From assembly GCA_963692865.2 (NCBI GenBank), contig OY843592.1:3584001-3648000 (forward strand): 64,000 nucleotides of DNA. The letters run 5' to 3'. The stretch is from a bacterium (GTDB taxonomy: Bacteria > UBA8248). Each line of letters opens with the position of its first letter. Positions within the stretch are counted from its first letter, which is position 1. The notes beneath the pieces are model-generated. The model was not told the origin of the DNA. It worked only from the letters and a program-made list of their open reading frames with translations, and made no database searches. Made by a program: the position numbers and the translations under genes. Shown piece after piece: positions 51,456 to 61,490 of the stretch.

Positions 51456-52796
51456 TCACCGCTCATCGACGAGGCGGCGGGCCTTCACGTCGCGCATCGG
51501 GTCGTGGATGACGCCCGGGGCTACGAACTCGAGAACGGGCCGTATCATCACCGCGCCCCGCACCCGCTCCGGCAGGGAGGCGCGCAGCCGCTCGCGCTCC
51601 GCATCCTCGGCTTCCAGGCGGATGACCATCTCGTCCATCGAATCCGCATCCTCGGCCGCGGACTTGCGGATCCTGACCTGAAACTCACGGATCGCGCGTT
51701 CTTTCGAGAGGAGGTCGAAGACGATATCGGGGTTCATGAGCATCCCGCGCACCTTGAGCAGGTCGCCCGTCCTGCGCGGAAGACGCACGATGCGCTCGCC
51801 CAGCCGCCCGCAGTGCGGGCACGGCTCCCATCTGAGCGCGATGATATCCCCAATAAGATAGCGAAGAAACACCGTGCCCCTGCGGTGTAAGTGCGTGAGG
51901 GCTATCGCCCCCTCCTCTCCTTCCGGCACGGGCGCGCCCGTCTCGGGGTCGACGACTTCAAGCAGGTAGAGTTCGGGCACGACGTTGTGCGGCATCGCAT
52001 CGTTCGCACACTGCACGAGGCCGCCCTGCATTTCCGTCGCCGCGTAGCGCACGCGCACTTGGGGGTCATCCGCCCCGAACCAGCGCAGATGATCCATATA
52101 CTCCTCGCGCAGTGCGCCGCTCACCGCCTCCCCCGTGGTGAGCACCATGCGCGCGCGGTCGAGCTTGACGCCGCGCTCGCGCGCCCTCCTCAGAAAGCGG
52201 CGGGCGAAACTCGGCACTCCCCAGATGATGGTGGCTCCCGATTCGGCCACCACATCGACCGCCTCATCGAGCGAGCGCCGTACGGGGTATTCGGGATGCG
52301 GACTGCCCGTGAGCGCGCTCACCACGGGAAGACCCATGATTTCCGCGGAGCGCACGCAGCAGAGAAACCCGCCCAGCGGCATGGGCGAGAGCGGGTAGAG
52401 ATTGGCGATGACGTCGCCTGCCCCCAGACCCTCCGCCTCGTTGCAGACCCGCGCCTGGAGCATGATGTGGTACTGGTCGTGCGTGGTGTTGAAAAATGGC
52501 GAGGGCCGCCCGCTCGTGGTGCCCGTGGTGTAGGCCACGTTCCACATGGTGCGCTCCTCGAAGGGAAGCTCGGGCAGCCAGGCGGGGTCGAGACTGAAAT
52601 CCTCGGGCGCCGCCATGAAGTCTTCTTTTTTCGTGAGGGGAATCTTCTGGAGGTCGTCCAACTCCTTGACCGCCTCGGGAATCAGGTTCGCCTCGGCGAA
52701 ACGGCGCTTGTAGAAAGGGTGCGCCCGTCCGCACAGGGCGACCATTCTCTGCAGGCGTTTTCTCCTCAACTCAAGCAATGCGTCCTGCTCGTTCAT
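51456..52796 (-). CDS. Phenylacetate-CoA ligase family (PaaK-like) adenylate-forming enzyme
   Basis: IPLTKK, TTGTTSGRP P-loop, GEA, YAATE, RYLIGD and KVRG motifs. Confidence 0.85.
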   Translation of the reverse strand: MNEQDALLELRRKRLQRMVALCGRAHPFYKRRFAEANLIPEAVKELDDLQKIPLTKKEDFMAAPEDFSLDPAWLPELPFEERTMWNVAYTTGTTSGRPSPFFNTTHDQYHIMLQARVCNEAEGLGAGDVIANLYPLSPMPLGGFLCCVRSAEIMGLPVVSALTGSPHPEYPVRRSLDEAVDVVAESGATIIWGVPSFARRFLRRARERGVKLDRARMVLTTGEAVSGALREEYMDHLRWFGADDPQVRVRYAATEMQGGLVQCANDAMPHNVVPELYLLEVVDPETGAPVPEGEEGAIALTHLHRRGTVFLRYLIGDIIALRWEPCPHCGRLGERIVRLPRRTGDLLKVRGMLMNPDIVFDLLSKERAIREFQVRIRKSAAEDADSMDEMVIRLEAEDAERERLRASLPERVRGAVMIRPVLEFVAPGVIHDPMRDVKARRLVDER

Positions 52797-52818
52797 CAGG
52801 TATCGTTCCTTCTCTCAC

Positions 52819-53220
52819 CTAAAAAATTCCGGCCTTTCGCTGCAGCCAGCGCACGTATTGCACGATAAGGGCCACATCCTCGGGCTTCACGCCCGGCACG
52901 GGCGCCATGTCGCCGAACTTCCAGTGGTGGCTCTTCACCCCACGCGCGACGGCCATGAAGAAAGCGCCGTCCCCGTGGTGGGAGGGTTCGTAAATCTTGT
53001 GCACCAGCGGCGGGCCTATTCGGGTACCCTTGGCTTCCGGTCCGTGGCAGCGCATGCAGTTGCGCGCGAACAGCTTTTTCCCTTGGTTGATTTGCGCCAT
53101 ATCCTCCGTTACGGGGACGCGCGTCTGCCGCCCCGGCGGCTCGGGCCTTTTCGTCAACATCAAGAGGGCGGCGAACCCGACAACCAGGAAAAGCCCCGCC
53201 GCCAACGCCCTGTTCATCAT
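52819..53220 (-). CDS. Small monoheme cytochrome c
   Basis: N-terminal TM anchor, CMRCH, GPPL and distal Met (GDMAP). Confidence 0.88.
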   Translation of the reverse strand: MMNRALAAGLFLVVGFAALLMLTKRPEPPGRQTRVPVTEDMAQINQGKKLFARNCMRCHGPEAKGTRIGPPLVHKIYEPSHHGDGAFFMAVARGVKSHHWKFGDMAPVPGVKPEDVALIVQYVRWLQRKAGIF

Positions 53221-53316
53221 TCAAATCCTTTCCAAGTGCGCAACGTATCGGCAGAGCGTCTCACCGCTTCCGCATCAACCGTGTGGAGGCTTGCGCCTAA
53301 GTCGAGCCGAGACAGC

Positions 53317-54726
53317 TTAAGTGGATTCGCGCGCCGATTTCAAACCCCGAACGCCCGCGAAGCCCTGGAGTTCCCCGCTCCTCGCCCACAGGGAAAACCA
53401 CGCGAGCAGGAGCGCGCCGCTCAGTATCTGGCCGCCGCTCACCGCCCACCAGACGCCGCCCGCGCCCACCGCGAACCAGAAAGAAAGGAGCCAGGCGGCG
53501 GGAATCTGAACGCCCCAGCGGACGACGCCCTCCACCAGCATGGGCGGTTTCGAGCGTGAGACTCCCTGGAACGCGCCCGCTATCACCCGGCGGACGGATT
53601 CCATCAGCAAACCCGCGCAAAGGATTCTGAGCGCCATGACGCCCGTGGCGTTCCCCTCCATGCCGAAAAACGAGACGACCTCCCGCGCCCAGACGAAAAG
53701 CGCGACGCTCACCGCCGTCATCAGTAGGCAGAGGGCGGCGACGGCGAGCCACACCGTGCGCGTGATGCGCTCGGGCTTCTCCGCCCCCAGGTTCTGGCCC
53801 ACCAGCGTGCGCACCGAGGCTTGCAGGCCGAAACTGGGCATCCGTGCGATCATCGTCACGCGGTTGCCGATGCTCCATGCCGCGAGGGCGCTCGCACCAA
53901 AGGGCGAGAGCATCCGCACCATGAGCAGCAGCGCGCTGCGCTCGAGCAGGTTCTGCGCCATGGCGGGCCATGCGAGGCGCGCCACGCGGGCGGTCTCGCC
54001 CCTTCTCGGGCGCAGGTCGGCCCATCTCAACTCGAGCCTCGACTTTCCCTTCACGATGAAGGCCAGCATGGTCAGAAAACCGCCCAGCCTCCCCACGCCG
54101 ATGCCGAAGAAGCTGCCCGCAAGGCCCAGGGCGGGAACCGGGCCCCAGCCGAACATGAGCAGGGGGATGAAAATGAGCGTCAAGACGGTGGAGGTGACCA
54201 CGCCCGCGATGGTGATGCCCGGCTCGCCGGTTCCCCGCAAAATCTGGCCGACGACGAACATGGCCTCCGCGGCGAGCAGCACGGCGAAGCCCGCGCGGAT
54301 GTAGACGACGCCCAAGGCGGCCAGCGCCGGGTCGCGCGTCATCAGGCCCATCAGGAGGGGAGCGAACCAAAGGCCCAGAAACGTGGCGACGAGGCTGAAT
54401 GCGCCGACCAGGAAGATGGTCTGCCCCGCCATGATCGAGGCGCCTTCGGCGTCGTTCGCTCCCACGCGCTGGGCCACGAGCGCCTGCCCTGCGATTCTCA
54501 AGCCGAACGGCGCCGAGCGGATGAACAGCAAGGTGATGAAGCCCAAGGACGCCGCCGCCAGGAACTCGGGGCCCATGCTTCCCAACCAGTAGATCTCGAA
54601 GATGCCGTCCAGATTGCGCAGGATGCGCTCGCCGCAAATCGGCACCGAGAGGCGGGTGATGGCCCAGCCGACCGAGCCTCTCGTGTAATCGTATCCGCGC
54701 GTGCTTTTGGAGGGATTCAGAAGCAC
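53317..54726 (-). CDS. MATE family efflux transporter
   Basis: TRGSV..LSVP, AQRVGA, LRGTG and VGQNLGA motifs; start approximate. Confidence 0.85.
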   Translation of the reverse strand: MLLNPSKSTRGYDYTRGSVGWAITRLSVPICGERILRNLDGIFEIYWLGSMGPEFLAAASLGFITLLFIRSAPFGLRIAGQALVAQRVGANDAEGASIMAGQTIFLVGAFSLVATFLGLWFAPLLMGLMTRDPALAALGVVYIRAGFAVLLAAEAMFVVGQILRGTGEPGITIAGVVTSTVLTLIFIPLLMFGWGPVPALGLAGSFFGIGVGRLGGFLTMLAFIVKGKSRLELRWADLRPRRGETARVARLAWPAMAQNLLERSALLLMVRMLSPFGASALAAWSIGNRVTMIARMPSFGLQASVRTLVGQNLGAEKPERITRTVWLAVAALCLLMTAVSVALFVWAREVVSFFGMEGNATGVMALRILCAGLLMESVRRVIAGAFQGVSRSKPPMLVEGVVRWGVQIPAAWLLSFWFAVGAGGVWWAVSGGQILSGALLLAWFSLWARSGELQGFAGVRGLKSAREST

Positions 54727-54810
54727 ACCTCGACTTAGGTGGAGATACCGGAAAACAACCCGGCCATGATACGCTAGAGCACCCGATTCGTTAAGGGAGA
54801 AGGAGACCCG

Positions 54811-56079
54811 ATGCCGCACCCCGATTTCGAGCGCTGCGCTCGCCACATTACCGCCGACGCCGTGCTTGAGTTGCTGAGCGGCATGGTGGACATTGCAAGC
54901 CCTACGGGCGGAGAGACCGCAATGGCGCGCTATCTGGTGGAGCGCATGGCGCGCGCGGGGCTGGAGACCCGGCTGCAGGAAGTCGATCCCGGAAGGCCGA
55001 ACGCGGTCGGCGTACGCGAGGGATCGGGCGACGGCGTCAACCTGCTCCTCACGGGCCACATGGACACCTCCTACGACGGGAACGAGGACTACCTGAGCGG
55101 CGAAGGCTTCAAGCCCAGGGCCGTCCACCGGGACGGCTGGTTGTGGGGTCTCGGCGCCAACAACATGAAGAGCGGCCTTGCGGGCGCGCTGGCGGCCGTC
55201 GAGGCCATCTGCAGCGAAAACGTCGTGCTTCGCGGCGACCTCTCCCTCGCGGGCGTGGTGGGCGAGATAGAAAAAGCGCCCGTGGATGAATTCAAGGGTC
55301 AATCCTTCTCGGGCTACGGGACGGGCACGCGGCATCTCATCCTGCACGGTGAGACGGCGGATTGCGCCATCCTCGCCGAGCCGACGGGGCTCAAGGTCTC
55401 GAACGCGAACATGGGCGTCGTGTGGGCGAAGATCACCGCGAGCGGCACGATAAGCCACAGCGTCTTCTCGAATCGACCGGGGGTCGTGAACGCCGTGCGC
55501 GCCATCCACAAGATTCAAAGCGCCGTCGAGGCATGGATTCCCGATTACGAGGCGAGGCACGCCTGCATGGGCGAGCGCCCCAACGTAACGATAGCCGCCG
55601 TCCGGGGCGGGTGGCCCTGGCGGTTATCCCGAAACCCCGCCGAGGCGAGTCTTTATCTGGACATCCGCACCGTGCCGGGGCAAAGCACCGAAGACATCAA
55701 GCGCGAACTGCGCGCCGTACTGGATGGCGTCTCGGACGAAGCCGGGCGGACGTCGCTAACGTTCTACGTGAACGACCCGCCCACCCTGCTCGACCCGGAC
55801 GCGCCCCTCGTCCAGGCCGCGCTCCGGGCGCACGAAGAAGTGACGGGCGAGGCGACTGCGCCCGTCATCAGGCGGCCCGCAGCCGATTCCACGCATTTCA
55901 ACCGCTACGGCATCCCGTGCGTCTGCTACGGTCCCGGCGGGCGCATGCACCCTGAAGCTGAGAAGCAAGGCTTGATGCACGCCGTGGGCGAGCATGTGCT
56001 CGTAAACGACGTGGCGACGGCGGCCAGGGTCTATCTCGCCGCCGCGCTCTCGATCTGCAGCGAGCGCGCTCTTTCATAA
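54811..56079 (+). CDS. M20 family metallo-hydrolase (ArgE/DapE-like)
   Basis: SPTGGE, GHMDT, GLGANNMKSG, AEPT and GEHV motifs. Confidence 0.85.
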   Translation: MPHPDFERCARHITADAVLELLSGMVDIASPTGGETAMARYLVERMARAGLETRLQEVDPGRPNAVGVREGSGDGVNLLLTGHMDTSYDGNEDYLSGEGFKPRAVHRDGWLWGLGANNMKSGLAGALAAVEAICSENVVLRGDLSLAGVVGEIEKAPVDEFKGQSFSGYGTGTRHLILHGETADCAILAEPTGLKVSNANMGVVWAKITASGTISHSVFSNRPGVVNAVRAIHKIQSAVEAWIPDYEARHACMGERPNVTIAAVRGGWPWRLSRNPAEASLYLDIRTVPGQSTEDIKRELRAVLDGVSDEAGRTSLTFYVNDPPTLLDPDAPLVQAALRAHEEVTGEATAPVIRRPAADSTHFNRYGIPCVCYGPGGRMHPEAEKQGLMHAVGEHVLVNDVATAARVYLAAALSICSERALS

Positions 56080-56164
56080 TGCGCGGCAATGTCAGGAATT
56101 GCAGAGGTTTGAGGAGGTGGACGCTTCCACCTCACGTTCAGAATAGACGGATAAGGAAACCCGT

Positions 56165-57340
56165 ATGGATTTCGAGCTGAGTGAAGAACAGAAAAGCCTG
56201 CAACTCCTCGCCCGAAAGTTCGCGATGGAGGAGATGCTGCCCGTCGTGGCCGAACTCGAAAAGCGGCCAGACGGAGAGGACAAGTTCGCCTACGACCTGG
56301 TGAAGCGAGGCGCCGCGCTCGGCTTCCACTCCCTGGGCGTGCCCGAAGCGCACGGGGGCGACGGGGCGAGCGTCCTCACGCAGTGCGTCGTCGTGGAGGA
56401 GCTCTCCGTCGGCTCGCCGTCGGTCTCAAAAGTGTACAGCCATAACTGGAAGGCGATAGCGGGCCTCATCGCCGTGGCGACGCCCGAACAACTCGCGCGC
56501 GTGATCCCCGCCTATCTCGAAGACCCGCTCTATTGCATCGGCATCGCCATCACGGAGCCGGGCGCGGGCAGCGACAACGCGCTCCCCTTCGATGCGGACC
56601 CGGCTGCAGGCCCCGCGCTGAGCGCGGTGCGCGAAGGGGATTCCTATGTCCTGAACGGCATGAAGCAGTTCATCGCCATGGGCGCGCAGGCGAAATACGT
56701 CACCGCTTTCGCCCGGACGGACAGGAGCGTCCCGTGGACGAAAGGCACGACGGGGTTCATGATCTTCCCGCCGCACGAGGGCTTCGAGGCCGGGAGGCTG
56801 CACGACAAGGTGGGACTCAGGTGCTATCCCCAGCACGACCTCATCTTCCGCGACGTGCGCGTGCCCGTGGAGGACCGTCTGGGCGAGGAGGACAGGTTCC
56901 AGGAGGGCAGAAGGAGCGTCACCAACGTGGGCACCGTGGAGGCGACGGCCACCTCGCTGGGCATCGCGCGGCGCGCCTACGATCTGGCGCTCTCCTACGC
57001 GCGCGAGCGCGTGCAGGGCGGAAAACCCATCATCGAGCACGACCTGATCGGCGCGCTCCTGCTCGAGATGTTCACCCGCCTCGAGGCCGCGAGAACGCTG
57101 CTCTGGCGCGCCGCCTGGGGCATCGATGAGGGAGTTCACGATCAGAAACTCGCGAGGGCGACCAAGGTGCTCGCCGTCGAGACGCTGAACTACATGGCGA
57201 CCAAGGCGGTGGAAGTCTGGGGCGGGATGGGCGTGATGAAGGACGCGCCGGTCGAGAAAGTCTACCGCGATGCGATTCAGCTATACCACATGGGCAACAC
57301 GAACCAGGTGAACGTCCTGAAAGCCCTGCCCCACCTGTGA
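56165..57340 (+). CDS. Acyl-CoA dehydrogenase family protein (atypical active site)
   Basis: AITEPGAGSD, LNGMKQFI, KVGLR, RVQGGKPI and GGMG motifs. Confidence 0.88.
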   Translation: MDFELSEEQKSLQLLARKFAMEEMLPVVAELEKRPDGEDKFAYDLVKRGAALGFHSLGVPEAHGGDGASVLTQCVVVEELSVGSPSVSKVYSHNWKAIAGLIAVATPEQLARVIPAYLEDPLYCIGIAITEPGAGSDNALPFDADPAAGPALSAVREGDSYVLNGMKQFIAMGAQAKYVTAFARTDRSVPWTKGTTGFMIFPPHEGFEAGRLHDKVGLRCYPQHDLIFRDVRVPVEDRLGEEDRFQEGRRSVTNVGTVEATATSLGIARRAYDLALSYARERVQGGKPIIEHDLIGALLLEMFTRLEAARTLLWRAAWGIDEGVHDQKLARATKVLAVETLNYMATKAVEVWGGMGVMKDAPVEKVYRDAIQLYHMGNTNQVNVLKALPHL

Positions 57341-57471
57341 GTTTATGCCGACATCGAACCGCCTCTTGTCTTTCGCGCGGTTTTTGCGGATTCTACCTGT
57401 AGGAGAAGTGCTCATTTGATGAGCGCTTCGCGGAAAACCGCCCTATATTGAAATTTGTGGGGGACGCATAC

Positions 57472-57742
57472 AGGGTTGTTGAGAAAGACTCGGGAAACGA
57501 TTTGGGGTTGCCCGCACGCTTTTGATGTTCACTCCCCCCTTGAGGGGGTCGGGCTTCCCTGGGGGAAAGCCCGACAGAGGCCGAGTCCTTTGGATGAAGG
57601 CCGATGTGGTGGGGAGAGGTTTGCTCTGTGGCATGTCCCCCCACCGATTCGGTTTCGGGTTTACACCCTCACCTCATCGACTCCCCCTCAAGGGGGGAGT
57701 GAAATCCCGCACGCTTCTTCTTTAGAGTAATTCAACAACTCC
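57472..57742. mobile_element. TIR mini-element inserted in a REP hairpin loop
   Basis: AGGGTTGTTGAGAAA...TTCAACAACTCC between REP halves GGGACGCATAC and ATGCATGCGTCCC; inner repeat at 57530-57701. Confidence 0.7.
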
Positions 57743-57895
57743 ATGCATGCGTCCCACGCCACAGAACCGAAATGGCGCTCGTTTGATCTACGCCGCCGGC
57801 ATGGACAGACTCGTAGGGACGCATATATGCGTGGGGCGGTCCCGAAGAGGAACCGCCGCCTACAGGTGAACCAGAAAGCATGAAGGAGGTTCGAC

Positions 57896-58288
57896 ATGAT
57901 AGAAAAAACCGAAGCGCAGTGGCGCGAACAACTCACGCCCGAGCAATACCACGTAACGAGGGAGGCGGGAACCGAGCGCGCCTTCAGTGGGAAATACTGG
58001 GACTGCCACGATGACGGCGTCTATGCGTGCGTGTGCTGCGGGACGGAGCTTTTCGAGGCCGAGACCAAGTTCGACTCGGGCACGGGCTGGCCGAGCTTCT
58101 ACCAGCCGCTCAAGCCCGAGAACGTGGGCGAGAAGGAGGACAACTCCTTCTGGATGCGCCGCGTGGAGGTGGTGTGTTCGAACTGCGACGCGCACCTGGG
58201 CCACGTGTTCCCCGACGGCCCTGCGCCCACCGGCCTGCGGTACTGCATGAACTCGGCATCGCTGGACTTGAAGCCCAAGTCCTCCTAA
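57896..58288 (+). CDS. msrB: Peptide-methionine (R)-S-oxide reductase
   Basis: [27 protein letters not shown] and RYCMNS motifs. Confidence 0.97.
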   Translation: MIEKTEAQWREQLTPEQYHVTREAGTERAFSGKYWDCHDDGVYACVCCGTELFEAETKFDSGTGWPSFYQPLKPENVGEKEDNSFWMRRVEVVCSNCDAHLGHVFPDGPAPTGLRYCMNSASLDLKPKSS

Positions 58289-58320
58289 AAACAAGACACG
58301 GTCGAGGACGCACACATTAA

Positions 58321-58358
58321 AGGACGCTTCTCACACGAGCGGCGGGAAGCGTCTTTTT
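58321..58358 (+). terminator. Probable rho-independent terminator after msrB
   Basis: GACGCTTC...GAAGCGTC stem followed by TTTTT. Confidence 0.5.
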
Positions 58359-58383
58359 CACGGAATGACGGGAGAATAATTTC

Positions 58384-58827
58384 ATGACGATTCAACGCTT
58401 TCATAACGTATCGCTTACGGTCAAGGACGCGGACGCATCCTCAAAATGGTACGCCGAGAACTTCGGATTCGAGGTGGAATCGGATTCCGAGCGCACGCCG
58501 GATTTCTCGGAGCAGGTGACGGGCGTTCCGGGCGCGCACCTTCGCGTGGTGCACATGGGCGGCCACGGGCTGCACCTCGAACTCATGGAGTACAAGGGCG
58601 CGGCCGGCGATGCGGTGGACACCTCACCCAACAACGCGGGCTGCCTGCAGATCGGCTTCGTGGTGGATGACGCCGAAGCCCTTTATGAAAAGCTCCAGTC
58701 ACAGGGAACCGCCATGTGCTCCCCTGCCCCCGCCACGGTGCCGAGCGGCCCCATCCAGGGCTCCAAGATATTCTTCTGCAAGGACCCCGACGGCGTGGTG
58801 CTGAAGTTTCTTTCTATCAAGAAGTAG
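58384..58827 (+). CDS. VOC family protein
   Basis: SLTVKD...WY..FG, LELMEY, GFVVDD and DPDG motifs. Confidence 0.85.
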   Translation: MTIQRFHNVSLTVKDADASSKWYAENFGFEVESDSERTPDFSEQVTGVPGAHLRVVHMGGHGLHLELMEYKGAAGDAVDTSPNNAGCLQIGFVVDDAEALYEKLQSQGTAMCSPAPATVPSGPIQGSKIFFCKDPDGVVLKFLSIKK

Positions 58828-58854
58828 GGATTGGTGGATTGCAGGAGGTGCATC

Positions 58855-59471
58855 GTAGGGGCGGACCTAAGTGTCCGCCCTGTTTGCTTACGCTCTTGCC
58901 GTCCCTGCAAGGGCAAATCTATACGGCCGGCTCGCGAGCCGCCCCTACCAATCCCCTTTCCTCAATCGTTGGAAAAATTAACTCCCCCTTTGAGGGGGTT
59001 CACCGTCATTCCGGTGTGCGCCGGAATGACGAACAAACCGCACCACCTCGTGTAGTGACAGCCCCTCCTCGGGGCTGTCCCACAGGTCGCGACCCCGGAC
59101 AGGCGCTAGGGCCTGTCCGCTACGGTCGCCATCCGAGGGGGGATGCATAGGGGTCGCCGTCGGGATTGACCCACCCGCGCGGCATCGGGCCTCGCAAAAT
59201 ACTTGACGCCCTCATCCCGGTGCCCTGAACCCTCATCCTGAGTAGGCGCGTAAGCGCCGTATCGAAGGATGAGAAGGCATCTCTCCGGCGGGCGCGAATT
59301 TCGCCCTTCGATACGCCGCCTCCGGCGACTACTCAGGGTGAGGCGAAGCGGCGGGCTGCGCAGGACGAGGAGGGGGATTGCGCCGCATCGGACTTTTTCA
59401 ACAGTCCCTTGAGGGGGGAGTGATTTTTATTAACGCGACTATTTCTGGATTCCGGCGTGCGCCGGAATGAC
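58855..59471. repeat. Mosaic of GTAG REPs, CGTC REPs, the CCTCATCCTGAG doublet and a right TIR
   Basis: GTAGGGGCGGAC..GTCCGCCC (58855), GTCATTCCGG (59005), doublet 59231-59343, TTTTTCAACAGTCCC (to 59408). Confidence 0.75.
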
Positions 59472-59526
59472 GGCAACCTAAAAACAGCGGGGGCGGATTT
59501 CGAGGCAGGACTCGTTCTTCCGAAAT

Positions 59527-60033
59527 TCAACTCCTTCCATTTCCCCTCCATCCAAACCACAGACTCAACAACAGCAGAACGAACGCCGCGAGGCTCGCAA
59601 GGGTGCGGACGTGGTTCCAGATCGTCCATTCGGAGATATAGGAGACCATCACCCCCGCGTTCTCGGGCCTGATGGGGTCTAAGGCCGCGATTTCTGCGTT
59701 CAGCGGCACGTTGAAGACGCTGGTCACTCCGAAGGCACCGACCAGGTAGATGACGGCGGCGGAAAGCGCTAACCAGCACGCGGGAGCGTCTCTGCGAACC
59801 AGCGCGTGAAGCGCTACGCCGATGCAAAGTATCAATGCGCCGAAAAAACCGAGCGCGAAGACGGCGTTTCTCACGGCCAGATTGATCGCCTGCATGGCGG
59901 CCAGGGCGGCGAGCGGTTCCATCGCAGCAAGGCCGGGCATCACCACGAACGAGAACGCGAAGAAAAACCCGGCCATCACGCCGACCCAGACGGCGCAGGC
60001 CAGACGCAGCCAGGAGCCAAAGGACATCGCCAT
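59527..60033 (-). CDS. DUF1772/anthrone oxygenase-like membrane protein
   Basis: GFFFAFS.VVMPGL, AMQAIN, NVPLN and WNHVRT motifs. Confidence 0.85.
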   Translation of the reverse strand: MAMSFGSWLRLACAVWVGVMAGFFFAFSFVVMPGLAAMEPLAALAAMQAINLAVRNAVFALGFFGALILCIGVALHALVRRDAPACWLALSAAVIYLVGAFGVTSVFNVPLNAEIAALDPIRPENAGVMVSYISEWTIWNHVRTLASLAAFVLLLLSLWFGWRGNGRS

Positions 60034-60465
60034 TACACATCCCCAAAGGCGGTTTTCGGGCCGCGAGCGCTCATCAGCCGCCCCGCCCATATCCATTTTT
60101 GGCGCATTGCGTAGGGATAAGCAAGAACCGCCTCCGCACCGGGTTGATTCGCATGTGAATGGTCTCCACGTATAAGGGAGTGGTTTGGTAAAACATTCTT
60201 CTCCCCGGTCGGCAAGCCTTCACACTTATCTGCTCAAATCCATGAGGGCGGCTCGCGAGCCGCCCCTACAAAAGCAAAACCGCAAAACTCCTCTCCTCGG
60301 CAGGCATTGACATTGGAATGACGACCATCTCGAACAGGCGACAAGCGACCTTCCACCCCCCCTTGCGGTCGCAACCAGCGTGAGGCCAAAATGTGCTCGC
60401 CTGCTCTCAGGAGCACAACAGGCGGTTCACGAATCACATTTCGAGAGACGAAAAAGGGAGACGCC

Positions 60466-61461
60466 ATGAACAAGCCTTCCATCGCGATAGTGACGACCGG
60501 CGGGACGATCTCGTCCAAATACGACACGCGGGGCGGGGAGAACGTACCCGCGGCGAGCGCGGAGGAGTTGATTGCCTCCGTTCCCGAACTCGCCAGTACG
60601 GCCCAGGCGCGCGTGGTGGAGCACTCGAACGTCACCAGCGACTTGATGGAGACGGCCACGGCATTCGGCCTCCGCGACCGCCTGCGCGGGATTCTGGCGG
60701 ACGAGGAAACGGCGGGGGCGGTGATCACCCACGGGACGGCCACGATGGAGGAGACGGCCTATCTCCTGGATTTGACCCTGGGAAGCGAGAAGCCCGTCGT
60801 GATCACGGGCGCGATGCGGAATTCCGTCGCCCGCGACGCGGACGGCCCGAGGAACATCTTCTACGCCGCGAAGATCGCAGCCTCACCCGAGGCGCGGGGC
60901 CGGGGCGTGATGGTCGCGCTGGACGGGGAGATATTCGCCGCGCGCGACGTCATCAAGGTGCACAGCCAGCGGCCCCACGCCTTCGCGTCCAGAGACGGCG
61001 GGCCCATCGGCGTCGTTTCCGATGCGGGCGTCTTCTTTCACTACCGCCCGGAGCGGCGGCTTCACTTCGAGGTCGACGGCGTGAAGGATAACGTGCAGTT
61101 CCTCACCGTAACCCAGGGGGTGAACGACCTGCTCGTGCGCGCGTGCATCCGCGAGGGGGTGGACGGGGTCGTGGTGGAGGGCGTCGGCGCGGGCAACGTG
61201 AACCTCCCCTTTTACCATGCCCTGTGCGACGCTCTCGAAGCGGGAATCCCCGTGGTGATCGGGGTGCGCATCTTCGCCGGCGCGCCGCACCGCGCCAAGG
61301 CCCACGCAGGCTCGTTCCTGAGCCTCATAGAGCGCGGGGCGATATCCGCGGGCTATCTGAGCGGCATCAAGGCCCGCACCCTGCTCATGGTGGCGCTGGC
61401 GCATACCGAAGACCGGGAGGAGCTGCACGATATCTTCGAGCGCGTCGGCGGACGGGCGTAA
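60466..61461 (+). CDS. L-asparaginase family protein
   Basis: TGGTI, HGTATMEETAY, VITGAMR, DGPRN and GAGN motifs. Confidence 0.88.
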   Translation: MNKPSIAIVTTGGTISSKYDTRGGENVPAASAEELIASVPELASTAQARVVEHSNVTSDLMETATAFGLRDRLRGILADEETAGAVITHGTATMEETAYLLDLTLGSEKPVVITGAMRNSVARDADGPRNIFYAAKIAASPEARGRGVMVALDGEIFAARDVIKVHSQRPHAFASRDGGPIGVVSDAGVFFHYRPERRLHFEVDGVKDNVQFLTVTQGVNDLLVRACIREGVDGVVVEGVGAGNVNLPFYHALCDALEAGIPVVIGVRIFAGAPHRAKAHAGSFLSLIERGAISAGYLSGIKARTLLMVALAHTEDREELHDIFERVGGRA

Positions 61462-61490
61462 AAAAATATGGCCGAAAAGGGGCCGCGCGC

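Noticed and set aside
57896-58288. MsrB as a second selenoprotein
   Set aside because: The catalytic residue is TGC (Cys); there is no in-frame TGA.
60300-60440. Possible riboswitch upstream of the asparaginase (also 33840-33950)
   Set aside because: No recognisable aptamer consensus by eye; an Rfam scan would be needed.
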